A DNA stretch of 64,000 nt from Takakia lepidozioides (Eukaryota > Plantae > Bryophyta): NCBI GenBank assembly GCA_030704615.1, contig CM060732.1, forward strand, positions 76,322,001 through 76,386,000, given 5' to 3'. Position numbers and translations under genes: made by a program. The notes under the pieces were generated by a model. It saw nothing but the letters and a program-made list of their open reading frames with translations, did not search any database and was not told where the DNA came from. Positions 1-13,158 of this stretch are shown piece after piece. Every line of letters begins with the position of its first letter. Positions within the stretch are counted from its first letter, which is position 1.

Positions 1-278
1 ATGGATCTATGTGGGTAATGACAGTGTCAACTCCAGAAGTGGCCTGCAACCCGATTTGTTTCAAAGGGGAATTGGAAGTGGTGTCAAAAGGTTGACAAGC
101 GGTATGACGCCGTTGCTCCTGAAGGAGCTGAGAGTTCAAGTCTCTCCATTTCCTCTTGCTCCCCATGTCCTTCCATCAGATGGGAGGTTGTAAACAAATA
201 GTTGTCACTAATGAAGGGAGACAGAGACACACACAGATCTAGGTCCTAACTAGGCGGATTCATGTTTGCAAACCACAG

Positions 279-1838
279 TATGTTGCAGCCTCATCATTTT
301 TCAAAAGAGCAAGGAGTCAGTGCTGCAAAGCAGAAGATTGACCAGTACTTGCTGGAAGCTACCAAGGTAGGGTGTGTTGTGCTTCCTTCATGCACTTTTC
401 ACCAAATTTTCCTTCTTGTTGACATTTTCAGCTGGCTCGCACATATTTACGTATCATAATTGCTTTGTCTATGTGCTTTTCTAGCAGATCTGGGCAACTG
501 ACCTTGGTGAAGAGACACCTCTTGTAGAGTGCATCTGGAGTGCCATTGACGAGGTTGGCTTCCATTATTGCTGAGAATCAGCACCAGTCCTTGCTATGGA
601 TTGTTCACACACTGCCAGACTACATTGTTATGACAATTGTTTCTTTCCATACTAATGTGTAGACTTTGGTTTTGCTTCTCATCTTATGTTTTCCATCGTT
701 ACCTGTTCTGCGCTCCATTCGTTTCAAAATGCGACTTGGTGTGAAGTTACTCCTGACCTCATGTGACAAATGAAGTTCCACTGATTTGCAGGTTATGCGA
801 CTTGAGGAGTGTGATGTGTATAGTTATATGCCAGATGTGGAAGGAGATCCTTTTGCGGATATTGGCACCATGTAAGTGATTCGTTTAGAAGGTCATCACT
901 GGAGTGGTCACTTCTTACCCATTGTTTTTTCTTTCAATGCTAGAACTGACAATCCAATAAGTACCCTACTTTTGGCCTATGCAATTGGCACAAGATGAAC
1001 TGCTCACACAGTGACACCTATTCCGGGGCTAGCACCATTGACCCTAAGAACTTTTATCCTGGTACATATCTTCCCATGATTATGCTTGCAGCCTACCATG
1101 ACTTGCAATCTAAAACTAAGTAAGGTGCATTGCGGGATGACCACAACTGACGCAGCCATCTTCCTTCTGCCGAGGCTCCAGCAAGCGTCCAACCCACAAC
1201 ATACAGAAGGTCACAGAATCATTTAACACTTGCACAACAGTACAAACACAGTGTCGCATTCCTGACGAGGAAGCTGAAGGGCTGCTGCGCATTGCAGGCT
1301 CTGCAAAGGATCCAGCTACCAAGCCATGCCTGCCTCACGCACAGATAGATGTTTCTCTGCCCCCTATCCCTCACACTAATCTGCAAAATTGCAGGACCTT
1401 TCTCTTGCTGCTCTGCAACATTAATGCTGACTTGCAGCTAAAGTTCACCAGTTCTGTGTCCTGGCCTTTGAGGTCAATGTGGTGTTATATAAATGGGGCC
1501 AGGTGGTTCAAAGCATTTTTGCTACTCCACTGACAGGAAAAGTTGGTGGTGGCTTGTAGATGGTCATTCAACTACTTCTTCTACAACAAGAAGCTGAAGC
1601 GCATACTCTACTTCAGTTCACGCTGCCTGAGGTGAGTCTTGGTGTTTTTCAGCAGATTGTTGAATACCGGATATAGAACTTCACCTGAGTTCAATTTTGT
1701 TGTAGAAAATGGCTGAAGAAAGTGGCATTTTGTCTTGGTTAAATTGTGTGCAGTAAGTCCATTGATGAGTCTTCAAGTGATGATGGCGTCAGCGAAGAGG
1801 ACCTGGATTTCACGGAAGGCATGGACTTGGAGGAGTGA
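279..1838 (+). CDS. MAF1: Repressor of RNA polymerase III transcription MAF1, 3' part (5' exons lie upstream of the window)
   Basis: Phase-consistent GT-AG exons 279-366, 488-553 (NAGNAG alternative 485), 792-871, 1560-1631, 1754-1838. They translate ...KQKIDQYLLEATK/IWATDLGEETPLVECIWSAIDE/VMRLEECDVYSYMPDVEGDPFADIGTI/WSFNYFFYNKKLKRILYFSSRCL/SKSIDESSSDDGVSEEDLDFTEGMDLEE*. WSFNYFFYNKKLKR plus an acidic tail is the Maf1 C-box signature. Confidence 0.93.
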
Positions 1839-4800
1839 AGTTCCCCAGGCTTGTCAAATGTGTGCTTGTAGGTGGATGTAAAAGTTGTACCGTGACCATA
1901 GCTTGTAAATATTTGCCAGTTTTTGAGCTGGACAGACACCGTAGAGAAGTTTTTCCTTTGTATATTTGTGGCTAGGGTACAGGCCCTTCAGGCACTAGTG
2001 TTTGTTTAGTCCTCCCAAGTTTGCAGAAGACGCCCCTATGAGTTGGATAGCTGCTCACTTTTTGGGGTTGTACATTTGTACTTCTCTGGTTTTCGACTGC
2101 CATGGGCAAGTGCAAGCACTGCTGCACCTTGTCTTTCCTTGTATTCTGTAATTCTCTAGTAGTGTAGCATAACATTTTATTCAGCATAACGTTTCAAAGT
2201 CTTTTATCTTATTGTTGATGAGCGTCTATGTTGTACTCTTGTACTTGTAAGTTCCTCTGCTGTCAATTGGGAAGTGCAAGAAATCTTACATCTTGTCTGT
2301 CTAAATCTGTAATGGTGATAGACAACATTTGACGCGGCATGATTTTCTAACTCGTTGATGCCTGCAATGCAATGTCTTTGGTGCCTTCCCTCTCTTCTAA
2401 TCCAGCCTTCTGATTGTGTGTGATACTTTTCCATTACACAGATGCCACAGCTGTCTAGTTGGCTCTGGGGGTACACCGAAATGATCTCCCACAGCCAGGG
2501 CATCCTGTCTCTGCCCAGAATAGTTTCATGGGTAAAACAGCACATGGCCTCCATTCGATAAATCCATCCTTCTAGCACTCCCATTGCGCGACTTCTTTTA
2601 TACGGCTCGACCTTGCCCTCTGACTATTGCTGCCATTTACATGCTGTAGTCTAGTGGTCTGATACAGCGGTGGAAGACTCAAATGTCTGTAGTTTGAGCA
2701 GATTGTTGCCTGACCTAGGCTGTGGATCCGCCAAGTTTTCAAGCGGGACGGGTAAGGTTTTGCTCCATGTGCGCAGGACTTCAGTGTCTGGGATATAGTG
2801 CCGAGGCCAGCCGCCACAGCTTCTCGCTTCTTCTCCCTTGCAGCGCCTCGCCTCCTCATCTTCTTGGCTTCTTTCTCCTTCCACCATAATAACCCTCTTG
2901 CTTTACGCTTCTTTAGAGCTTCTCTTCATGTCTTATCGTTAAAGATGTCGTTTTCATATACCCCACCATGCTCGAGACGGTCGCCGCCATTGCACCCGGC
3001 TGTTCCATGTTGTTCATCTCTCTCCCTCACCGCAGCTCTCCCCAGAAAACTCTGATGCGCAACCCCAAGAATATATCGTCCAGTTCCAGTGACGTAACTC
3101 TTGCTACTCACTGCGCGCTGTGCTTGCAGCAGGCCCTTCCTAATCTCTACGTGCTTTCAACTCGCCTCTCGAGCTTAGGAGGCGTTAGACCATGTTTATT
3201 GTACCCTGTAACCTCAGTTCGCTCTCGCCTTTGGTTGCGTGACGAACGCTGTGGGTTTGTGGTATTTTTTGGAGCGCACACTTGCCCTATATGCATGACT
3301 AGGAAAGCGAGGTGCGGCTAAGCTTCCCCAAATCGGCTGGAACTGCGGGAAAGGCCGACTTGGATCCACCCTCTTTGGATCCACCCTCTTGGCACGTTTC
3401 AACTCGTCACTGTGGCCCCTCTGATGGGTGTAGCAAGCTGGCCAACGTCAACATCAAAACTCGCCTTCGTCGGACCAAGATGGGCACGGGCAAAACATAC
3501 TAAGTTAAGACGCTTATGTTTTCTTGTCCCTTATTTAATTTGAGTAACAAGGCCTATGCTCTTTTTTTGTTTTATAAAAACAAAAAAAATGAAAAAATGA
3601 TAATGCTATAACCTCAAAAATTCTACGGAATGATGTTAACCATAATACTTTCAAAAATGCACTAAGATCCATGATAAAGATGAAATATGCACCTCTTCGG
3701 GAAGAAAAAATAAATTACTTCTTTTAATTATTTTTAATCTCGGTCTAAAAATTTGTGTTTTTCAATCTCTGAAAACTTCATTTCTTTTGCTAATCAAATC
3801 AGTTTTTATATGACCATATTTTATCCAACCGTGAAACTCTCTACCAACCACCCTAAGAAGAAATCACACTGTAATTGAAAAGATGAATATGTCACTTTTA
3901 AAGTCCCTACCCATGTATATTTTTGCAGAGCGAACCTTTGTCCCCTAATAACTACCATTACATACTGAGAGAGCACCACATCTTGCACTTTTTCTCATTG
4001 CCCTATCCACATAAAGTGCATTGAACTCTATTTCAAGTACCCGTTTGAAGGCTTTTCACGGGATCTAATGAGCATCACCTTCCCCAATTGCTCATTGCTT
4101 GTTGTTCTTTGGAAACATTCTTCCGAGCATTGTTGGAGCAATCAAGGGTATACCACTAAGGGTTTCTCAATGCGAAACCCACCGCTGCTTAAGTTTGTAA
4201 CCATATCACCAAATATGTCTCAATGCGAAACCGGCCACCGTCGCTATAGGTTTAGGGTTTCTGACTACACTACTTAAGGTTTGGGCTCACTGAATTGGCA
4301 TAGATGCAACGTGTGAATGCACCAGTCCTCTATACCCACTTATGGTTTTATTCCGTTTTGAAAACATATAACTTCTATGACCGAGGTTTAAAAACATATA
4401 ACTCCCAAGACCATGGGTTGTGCTCATGTGAGCATGCTCACACGATACCAACCTCCCTCAGAATCATGGGGTCAAGAACCACCACTAACCGAATGAGTGG
4501 AGGTTGGTGATTAGAATCAAGTTCCATGGGTTTTTTTGTAATTTTTTTGTTTTGACTTTTGACGTAGGCGGGGGATGTGAATAAACAAGTATTGGGAGGT
4601 TTGAATCAATTACAAACCCCCGGAGGTTATCAAAAAGGTTATATGGATGCGGTTCTAAAAAAAACAAAGAACTGGCAAAGGGTCAAAATTGTTGGTTACA
4701 TAGTCTTGAAATAACTAGCCTGAAAACTGTCAAAGACTATTTGATGAAAACTGCCTCAACTGGAATAAACATCTGTCTGTCACCCTGCCGCAACCAACAT

Positions 4801-6075
4801 GCCCACCACACCATTCTCCATGTTTAAAAAAAAACAAAAACAAAATACAAAATCAAGTGTGTTGTGCCTCATCCCTAACTCTCTTTATTCATAATCAAAA
4901 CCGGAATCGCCATAATGTTTAAAAATCAGATGGGAACATGAACTCGATTTTTATTTTTTATTTTTTTCCAAATAACAGACCCCCTTACCCAAACCATATA
5001 TTAAAATGTTACTAGAACCAGAACCCAAGGTCGGAAACAACAAGAACTGTCCAACAGTGGTGGACAACTTCTAATGGCCATCACGGAAACAAGGTTGTTG
5101 CCCTACCCTCAGCACAGGCTTGAAAGTTTCAAGATACCAACCCATTAAGTAGCTAGTTGACTCCAGTATCTGTTTTATGGGTGGGTTTGGCCAATGGGTG
5201 ATATCCAACATACACCTATTTAACAACCAAGTTGTAGCCCAATGGGTGCATACCACCTCGAAAGTGGTTGTGGGTTCAACCCACCGATTGGTGTCAAAAA
5301 GGTGTCCACCTTCCTACCGTAAAGGTGTAGCACTTTGGGGTCAAGTGACACCATAATTTACGCTTCCTTTGGGAAGTGTCGTATATTATCATTACACCTA
5401 TGTGGAGCCTATGTGGTTTTGAAACCACCACCAACCTATAAGGCAATCTTATGCCCTCCCCATTTGGGACCTCTTATGGATGCTGCTAGCTAGAATATAG
5501 AAGTGAGGCGACAAAAAGTTGGTCAATTCCATCAAATGATGGGAATTGTTGTGCTCATCAATTGCATAAGCAAGCGACTGTGTGTCTTCATAGCATAGTA
5601 AGAGTTTTATTTATTTCAAGATGGTTCAGTTCCAAATTTTTATTTTCTAAGGGGGCCCTCCTTGCAAAGCTCACCAAAGGGAGGCAAAATTGTAAAATCT
5701 ATACCCCTTACCCTCTATATATATTGTCTTAAGGCGGTGGTGGAGCCTTCTAGAAGAGGGCCCACCGCCTCGTTCCCACCGCTTTTGGAATTCTCTAGAA
5801 GTAGAAAGAGGGCCCACCTCCAAGTTCTACGCTAGCCTATGCGTACACATGTCTACATCCCGTCGAGCCATTTCCCTCCTCTCCAAGCCTCCCCCGGTCC
5901 CACAGATTGGCCCTTCCCACAGTGTCAGGTTGCCTGACCTTCCCAAACAGGCCAAATGAATTGGGGTACATAGTGTCGGGACTATGATATAAGTTAAATC
6001 CACCAAACATCCTATGACTTTCATATAATATACAGGGTGATGTTCTGTAGACAAAATTGTGGACCTCAAATCACC

Positions 6076-6578
6076 AAGGTACGTTCACACTTGCTAATGT
6101 CTATTGATTGTCAATAGTGCTACCATCGAGGAGTTAGGGTTTTGACCTACTTTTCTTGCGCTACTTACGTACGTTACTTACCTAGCCTACCAGCATTCAT
6201 ACCTAGGCACGATAATACACTAACATCATATATACTTATCCATGTCCCTACCTCTGTTCATGATAGTTTGATGGAAAATAGGGATGACCGCTGTTGACGG
6301 TTACTGAGTGTCCCAGGATTCGTGCAAAGGGAGCAGCACATGAGAAGCAACACAAGAGATTGGTACTTTATTTGCTATGAATTTGAGCTGATAGTTTATC
6401 AGCGGAAAACAATAAGGTTTATATTGCGACATGCTGATAACGTAACAACACACACTACCGAATAGGTGTGTGAGTAAGCTGCCACGCATGCATGACATGT
6501 CACTTACTTACCACAGGGGAGGCTCGGTATGAACGAAGGTAGTTATTAGTGACGCTACACCAAATGTGAACGTACCTT
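6076..6578. mobile_element. Non-autonomous TIR element (MITE, possibly PIF/Harbinger-like)
   Basis: 18-bp terminal inverted repeat with one mismatch: aaggtacgttcacacttg (6076-6093) / caaatgtgaacgtacctt (6561-6578). No coding capacity inside. Confidence 0.55.
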
Positions 6579-7487
6579 TGTCGCTAGTCCTAGCTGTTGC
6601 AATTTTGGTACTTTGAGCTTTAAGTAGATTCTCTTAACTTTTTCTTACTTGACATGTTGGAAGTGTTTGTGGGCCAACCACAAAGACTTTGCAGAAGGAA
6701 TATTGCCACTGGTTGACGGTCTCGATATGTGCACCAACAACATAAAGGCTGAGAAGTATTGTCATTCTTTAAACCACATTCAGGTACAGCCAACTTATTC
6801 TAATAAGTATGTGTGCATTTCTTGGCAAAATAGCTTATCAGCAATTTCCTTTTGATAAAATTCTGCATTAGTTGGTGCTTGAAATCTTAGGAGAATTTCG
6901 CTCATGTAGTCACGCTTGTAACCGAGTCGTAACCTTCCAGCAACTGATGTTGGACGGGTTGCTTGCAAGTCAGAGTTGGAAGTCGACCGCACATTGGGAA
7001 CAGTCATAGTTGTGTTCGTAACCTTCTAGCCACCAGGGGAGGTTGCTACAGACTGCCTTCTTGATCTTAACAGCAAGTTCGATTGAGCATATATATATCA
7101 AAAGGCTGTCGAGTGCAAATACAATTTTAGTCCCTCTGACCTTTCAAAGCCGCCGACCAAGTGAACATTATTGGCTACTTATCTTTAGTATTGGATAATT
7201 TGCTTAGAGTTCAGAGAATGTATAATCAAATACTCTCAAACCACTTTCATTTTTTAGTCTTTTGAGAGTTATTCTCATGCCTAGTGCATGGGAGTTGAAA
7301 TCAATTGGAAATTACCCTACTAGACAACAGATCATTAATGTTGCATTTGATCTCTTAAACATACTTGAAGTGAAATTAAATCATTAAATTGTACGTATCA
7401 GGGTGCAATATGTTTGCAAATTCTTGATTCCACATGAGAAACCATGATTGACAAGCTAAAAAAGGACGTTTTTATCTATGGTACAGG

Positions 7488-7856
7488 ATGGCACGGTTCA
7501 ACTACCAGCTTGTTGCAACCATCGTAGCGGTAAGCTTTCTGATTATGACGGCCATGTATGCCGAAGGCTGTGACCGAGTAGCAGCTAGTGATCAAAAGGG
7601 CCATGTCCCCCTTCTCAATTGCAATGGATGCGACACCCTATCTGCAAGTTGTTGTCATCTCATCGAACGTCTTCCCAGTGGCACCTGCGTCGACGTTAAC
7701 TGTCGAAAACTAGGAGAACAGTTTTCTGGAGACCCATATTGGCTGCAAGTCTACACTACTTCAGAACCAAGAACATTTGGCTGGATTGCCGAAGCGTATG
7801 CGCAATGTGAAGGCATATGCAAATTTCCTGATTGCTCAGGTGGTATACATCCATAG
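7488..7856 (+). CDS. Small secreted cysteine-rich protein (122 aa, 10 Cys) with an SH3b-like motif pattern
   Basis: Intronless ORF with a hydrophobic signal peptide (LVATIVAVSFLIMTAMYAEG). A TATA-like tract lies at ~7089-7100, and an AT-rich stretch ending tacag just before the ATG looks like a 5'UTR intron. Confidence 0.72.
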   Translation: MARFNYQLVATIVAVSFLIMTAMYAEGCDRVAASDQKGHVPLLNCNGCDTLSASCCHLIERLPSGTCVDVNCRKLGEQFSGDPYWLQVYTTSEPRTFGWIAEAYAQCEGICKFPDCSGGIHP

Positions 7857-8300
7857 ATGTATGAAGGTTCTTTTGGACACTAGCTGCCATTCGGGCTAGT
7901 AAATCGCATACTTCTAAATTTTACGAATCCCGAAGACGCACTATATTGAAGCTTCTAGTATCATGTGGCCAGATCTCAACCTAGTATGATGTCAAGGCTT
8001 ATTATGATAGTGCATTGATAGATTTTGTAGAATAAAGGGCATATATCAAATGAGATCCCCATTGTCTCAAGGAGACTTGGTGGTTGCAAGTGAACCATAG
8101 ATTGGTAATGCAGGTCCTTCCCGGCTAGAGGAGGAGAAGCTCACCGTTTCTAACAAATGCTTTGTCGAGGACTCAGAAGATGCCACAAGTCTTTTTGTGT
8201 AACATATCTATTTTATGCTTTTAAGGTAGGGTGCAGATATTATAAAGTTCTATAATACTCCATGATATGATGTAACGTCTGAGGGGGAAGGATTTTTAGA

Positions 8301-9226
8301 TGTAATGTCCCTACTTGCCATCTGATAACCATTATTTACCGCATGAGTTTTGTCCATTTTGAGACCATTCCCATGGTCAGATAAACTAGGCCTGCCCTGA
8401 GCAGTGGGGTCACTGCATATTTTACCAAAACCTTTGGTATTGGATCTACTTCAAAAATGCATATCAAACCATGTGATGATCCTTAAGCTAGGGGTCGTTA
8501 GGCAGCTCCCTTTCATTTTTTTATTGTAGAACACCTTTATAGAATAGATGACATATCATGTCACTTCACATTTAACAACATCTCTCTCTCTTACTTTCAC
8601 ACTTCGCAACGCCTGTCACTTCACCCTCCCTACCTTGGTATATTCTCCAATCATAACATGCCACGATAAATTTGAATTTCAAACATTTTGTAAGGTTTTT
8701 TATTTTCATTGCTGAATATTGCACGTAATCATGAAAATATTTCATAAATGCTAGTTACAGATTGAGTGGTTAAAATGACTTCCGATTTTTGCCAAACTAT
8801 AATAAGAATTCAAATTAATTAAAAATATAATATGTAGTCGCAATTCTTAGTTGATCATATATGAGTTGCGACTACATACAACTCATAATTTTTGTAATTT
8901 GTAATTATTCTTGTCGAATATTTTCTTAAAAATGACAAAAAATCGGCGCCAAACCTGGAGTGTACGCGACTTTTTTCGATGCCAGCGTGGCAAAAATTTG
9001 TCGGTTGCGACTCCTAGTCGCTGGATGAGTGCTTTTGGACATCTAGTTGCATACTAAAGACCGGTTCAACCAAACACGATTCCTATAATGCATTAAGTCA
9101 CAAGGGCTAGGGCTATGCATTAAGTCATCGGATCCCTTGCCCCCTGCATCTTTTGCATTTGTCTTTAGGGTCCACTACAATGTCAGGAGGTAGTGCATTT
9201 AAGTTAATGAGAATTGGGACATTACA
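8301..9226. mobile_element. Solo-LTR-like or TIR element bounded by TG...CA
   Basis: Perfect 11-bp inverted termini tgtaatgtccc (8301-8311) / gggacattaca (9216-9226). The flanking 5-mers ttaga and tttgg match only 3/5, so no clean TSD. Confidence 0.5.
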
Positions 9227-11270
9227 TTTGGTGTAATAATTTTTATTGTGAATTTCTTTAGGCAACTAGGTGTCTAGATTAAGTTGTCTCAATCTGAACT
9301 GAGTTTGAGATGCAAATGTTAATATTCTTGACAATGTTTTTGGGGCTAGTAGGTATGGATGAAAGAGTGTCAAACGTTGAAACAATGTTGATTAGGAGTT
9401 TGACCCTGAATTAGAAGAGACCACAATGGAATCCCATTGGGAGCTCAGCTTGTTGGGTTGAATGATTTTATGGAGGATGAAATTTTGGCTACACGAGTTT
9501 CACTTATATTAACCCTTAAGTTCCCAAGCGACCTGAATGGGGTCACTTTGAATTTGCAGTTCGACCTAATTTTTGCAGATCTAATCTGATGGGGCCCACT
9601 CCTGAAGCTTTAATGACAAGGGATTTGTCTCGAGTACGATGAAAAAAACAAAATTAAAAAAAAAAACAAAAGCTACGACCTGCAAAAAATATCTAAGATC
9701 TCTCATTTACGTTTTGGGGCCTGAAAAGGGCTTGTTGACCGTTGACGTGGCAGTAAACAAGCCCAAAACAGATTGCACTCCAAAGGCCATTTTTGGCAGA
9801 AAATTAGCAATTTTGGAAAAAAGCGCTTCACCTTGTGGTGTGTGAGCATTACATACACACATCCACCGTTGGCTTTTAAAAATTTTGTAGATAAAAAGTA
9901 CTTCATTTGGAGGCACATTTTCTCTTGTCAATTTTGAGATTTCAACCCCCATGTAATTGCATGCACAGCAACCATAGGTGAAAAAATCAGTTGGACTTGC
10001 AATTTAGTGGGGTCATAGCCACTCCACTATTGATTTGGAAATGGTGGGTCTTGGGGCAAGCAAAATTGGATAAAGCTAGGTTTTGATTTGGTCAAACCAA
10101 TTTCTTTATCACTTTTTCTTTGGGACCTGATATTTGAGGTCCGCGCCAAGGTTATAATCTCATAATTTCCATGGTGGACTTGGCTCATTTTTTGGTATGT
10201 CATGCATAAATGAGCTGGGCCCATTGCTATAAGGCTGGAATCTCTGGATGATTTTTGGTAGGTTTCTAGGAGCAATTTACTACAGCTGGGTACCCAAAAT
10301 TGGTAAAAAGTCAAAAAAGGGCTTGGGAACTTGAGGGTTAATGACTTTGATGTGGACATTGCAATGTTTGCTGATAATATGAGGAATTTAGAGGAAAAAA
10401 CATTGCTTGCATATTGTTGTTCACCAAGATTCATAGTGGATTCTTTTAGTTTGTTTTGGTCCATGGGCATTAGGCAATTTGAGGAAAATTTGCATCCGGG
10501 ATCCACAGTTCACATTGACACAGAAGATATAATGGAGTGACAGTGCAAAGGAGATTAGTACTAGCCTCATCACATGGGTCATGCAATCCATCTGAGTAGA
10601 TAGCAGGAGGGATATCCGAAGAGCAAGTCTTGGTTGTCGGTCCACAGTCCACAGTCCACACCAATAGAGAGTATTGACAAGTTTGTGTGAAGAGTGTTGT
10701 GGAGGTAGTCTGAAGTCGATGTGACTTGGTATCATATTAAATGTACGGATCATGTGATACACGCGCGTGATATCACCGACCCATGCTTATTCATATCCTT
10801 CGCTTGGGGTTAATAGTCGATACCTTGATTCCTGTATTCCTCTAAATTTGATGCTCCCTTCTTCATGACCTGTTTGCAAGTTGAGAGTAGATTGTCTTTT
10901 CTTTACAACTTGCACTGACACCGAATTAAGGTGCCCGTTATCAGCCTCTTCGCAAGTTCGCCCACACACTCCACTAAGGACAATACCAATCACCACCACC
11001 CACGTGACCATTTGGCTGTTTGGCGGCAGGACGTTCGAATTCCCGCTGAGATTTCTGTTTAAGGCAACCGTGTGTGACGGCTAGCAGTCTTGATTGCTGG
11101 AGGAGGCTCGATCCTCAAGTTCGTGCTGTGTTCCCTTGTGAAAGAACTTCCATCTATGGTCCTATATGAGGTCAGCACATTTGTATGCTTCAGAACCGCT
11201 AAGGTATAGCTGGTGCAGGCCAAGTGTGGTCGTCTTCCCCATCCTTCTGTTCCTTTGTGATTTTGTGTCA

Positions 11271-13158
11271 ATGGCTGACGGCAAAATCGTAGTCGAGGTG
11301 CAACTTCCTGGCGTTCCTCACAAGCTGGAGACGTTTGCAGGTCATGAGCGGTAAGCCGTCCGAAATGGCATATTTGTGATAAGCAACAAGTACTTTTGAG
11401 TTGCTCAGTTCTTTTTCGTTAGATTCATGAAGCTGGCCAAACTATCGACGCTGTGCAATGTCCAGATCTCAAAAGCGTTAACGTTGTGCGATGGGTGCAG
11501 GGTTGCTGTGGCTTTGTCTCAGCAAACAACGCGGGTCGGGTTGGAGCTTCCCAAGCCTAAACTGGTGGGCATAATAAATAACACACTGTCTTGCCACGTA
11601 GGTTGTGGTCTGCTAATCTCTCGACCGGTCCTCTTTAACTGAGTTCTGTCTTGTTTGGTATAATGCACAGATTACAGACGATTCTTGCACTGACCCTTTT
11701 CAAACCCAATGTAGATTTTGCAGATTGGGTAAGTTTGCTGACATTTGGATTCCTGCTGCTGTTACCAAGCCGGTGGCTGCAGTTGCTGCATTTGTGTATC
11801 CCCCATGACATGATCGGGTCCTTAGGTTGGTCTCTGTTGTGCAGTTTGAGCATGTGCATACTTCAGAAGGCGATGATAGTTATAAACCTGAGGTAATTCA
11901 CACCGATGGTTGGGTCTCCAAGAAGACAGAAATCCATCGTTCTACCGAATACGAGGTGAGCAACTTGAAAATGAATATTGGCACTGATCATGGAAATCTA
12001 ACATGGATTTGAAAGTTTTCCTTTACGTTCTTGTTTGGTTTAAGTCCGGTGTGCAGTGAGCTGCTATTGTATGATTCTGCTCAAGCTATTTTGACGGCTG
12101 TTAGTGATCGTGTCTTTGGGTGCAGAAACGTTTCGCCACGCCTAGAGACCACTACGTCACTGCGCATGCTGATCATTATGGAAACGTCATTTGCAAGGTT
12201 TAGCTTGCGTGGAAATATCTCATCTCTGAACTAGTGTGGTGGTAATAATACCCGCGTAAGAGTCTGAAGTGCTGCACATTAGAACTTCACATACATGACT
12301 ATACTGATTATGCATTTGTTGGCTAAACGTTCATTTTGAAAGGCTTATCCCAATGTGTGCCTATGGTATACTGTTTAATTATTCTGACTTGTATCCTTCT
12401 GTTCAAAATACTTGCATGTAATTTTACATGCTTCTGATTCAAATCGAATAACTATTTTCTTTGCGGCCGATGCTTTGTGTAATGTTATCACAGCTTCCTC
12501 ATGAACTAACGCATCGGGAGTCGGTTGTTAACGTGAAGAGCGATGAAACTATCAAGCTGGAGTGGCTCCATCCTAAGTGCGTCATCTCACGACAAACTTG
12601 ACGTTCTTTTCAGAATGCTCGATTAGCTTACTGCGCAAGATTGTTCAGCAACGTAGTGATGTGATGATAAGTCTGTTTGGCAGCAAACCCTTCTGAAAGA
12701 GTAGGGCAGTTGTATGTATGCCCTACTACCTGATGTAGAGGTTAAAGTTCCTCTAACCTCTTAAGGCTGCAAGGACTAGTGAAATGTTTGCCTACAAGTG
12801 TCAGAAAAGATACTATCTCTGGGTGTTATCATGACGAAACCGAAATTTACTTCGTAGATGAACGTTCGTGCTGTTTCACGCCGGAAGGAATATTCCTGCT
12901 TGCTGAGATTAGACTCGTCTAAATCCTAGTAAGAGGCGTTCTGGGAGAAGTTCATAGTTCTCACCCAATTCGATGCCCTGTTCGCGGGGTACTTTGTTGC
13001 TGCGACGTAGGCACAAGCTTTTCGATGTGAAGTTGCATCAGCACCTTATTGAACTTCAGAAAATGGGTGAAGTTCCGGATGACGTCTTCATTCGCCTGGT
13101 TGAAAATGCACTTGAGGACATCAAAGCTCATCATCGTCATGCAGTGAAGAAAGGTTAG
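11271..13158 (+). CDS. Six-exon gene for a 162-aa protein of unknown function
   Basis: Exons 11271-11350, 11671-11728, 11845-11892, 12126-12197, 12494-12576, 13011-13158 all have GT-AG borders with matching phases (489 nt total). Protein: MADGKIVVEVQLPGVPHKLETFAGHERLQTILALTLFKPNVDFADWFEHVHTSEGDDSYKPEKRFATPRDHYVTAHADHYGNVICKLPHELTHRESVVNVKSDETIKLEWLHPKHKLFDVKLHQHLIELQKMGEVPDDVFIRLVENALEDIKAHHRHAVKKG*. The last exon may splice further at g|gttagt. Confidence 0.68.

Noticed and set aside
2572-3503. Cluster of overlapping ORFs in a GC-richer stretch after MAF1
   Set aside because: I could not assemble a consistent spliced gene or recognise a domain in any frame. It may be a decayed gene or transposon.
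4400-5990. Transposon-like remnants (aaccagaacc motifs, LTR-like stretch), and similar at 9600-10550 and 55950-56520
   Set aside because: Probably repeats, but termini and TSDs could not be defined from the sequence alone.
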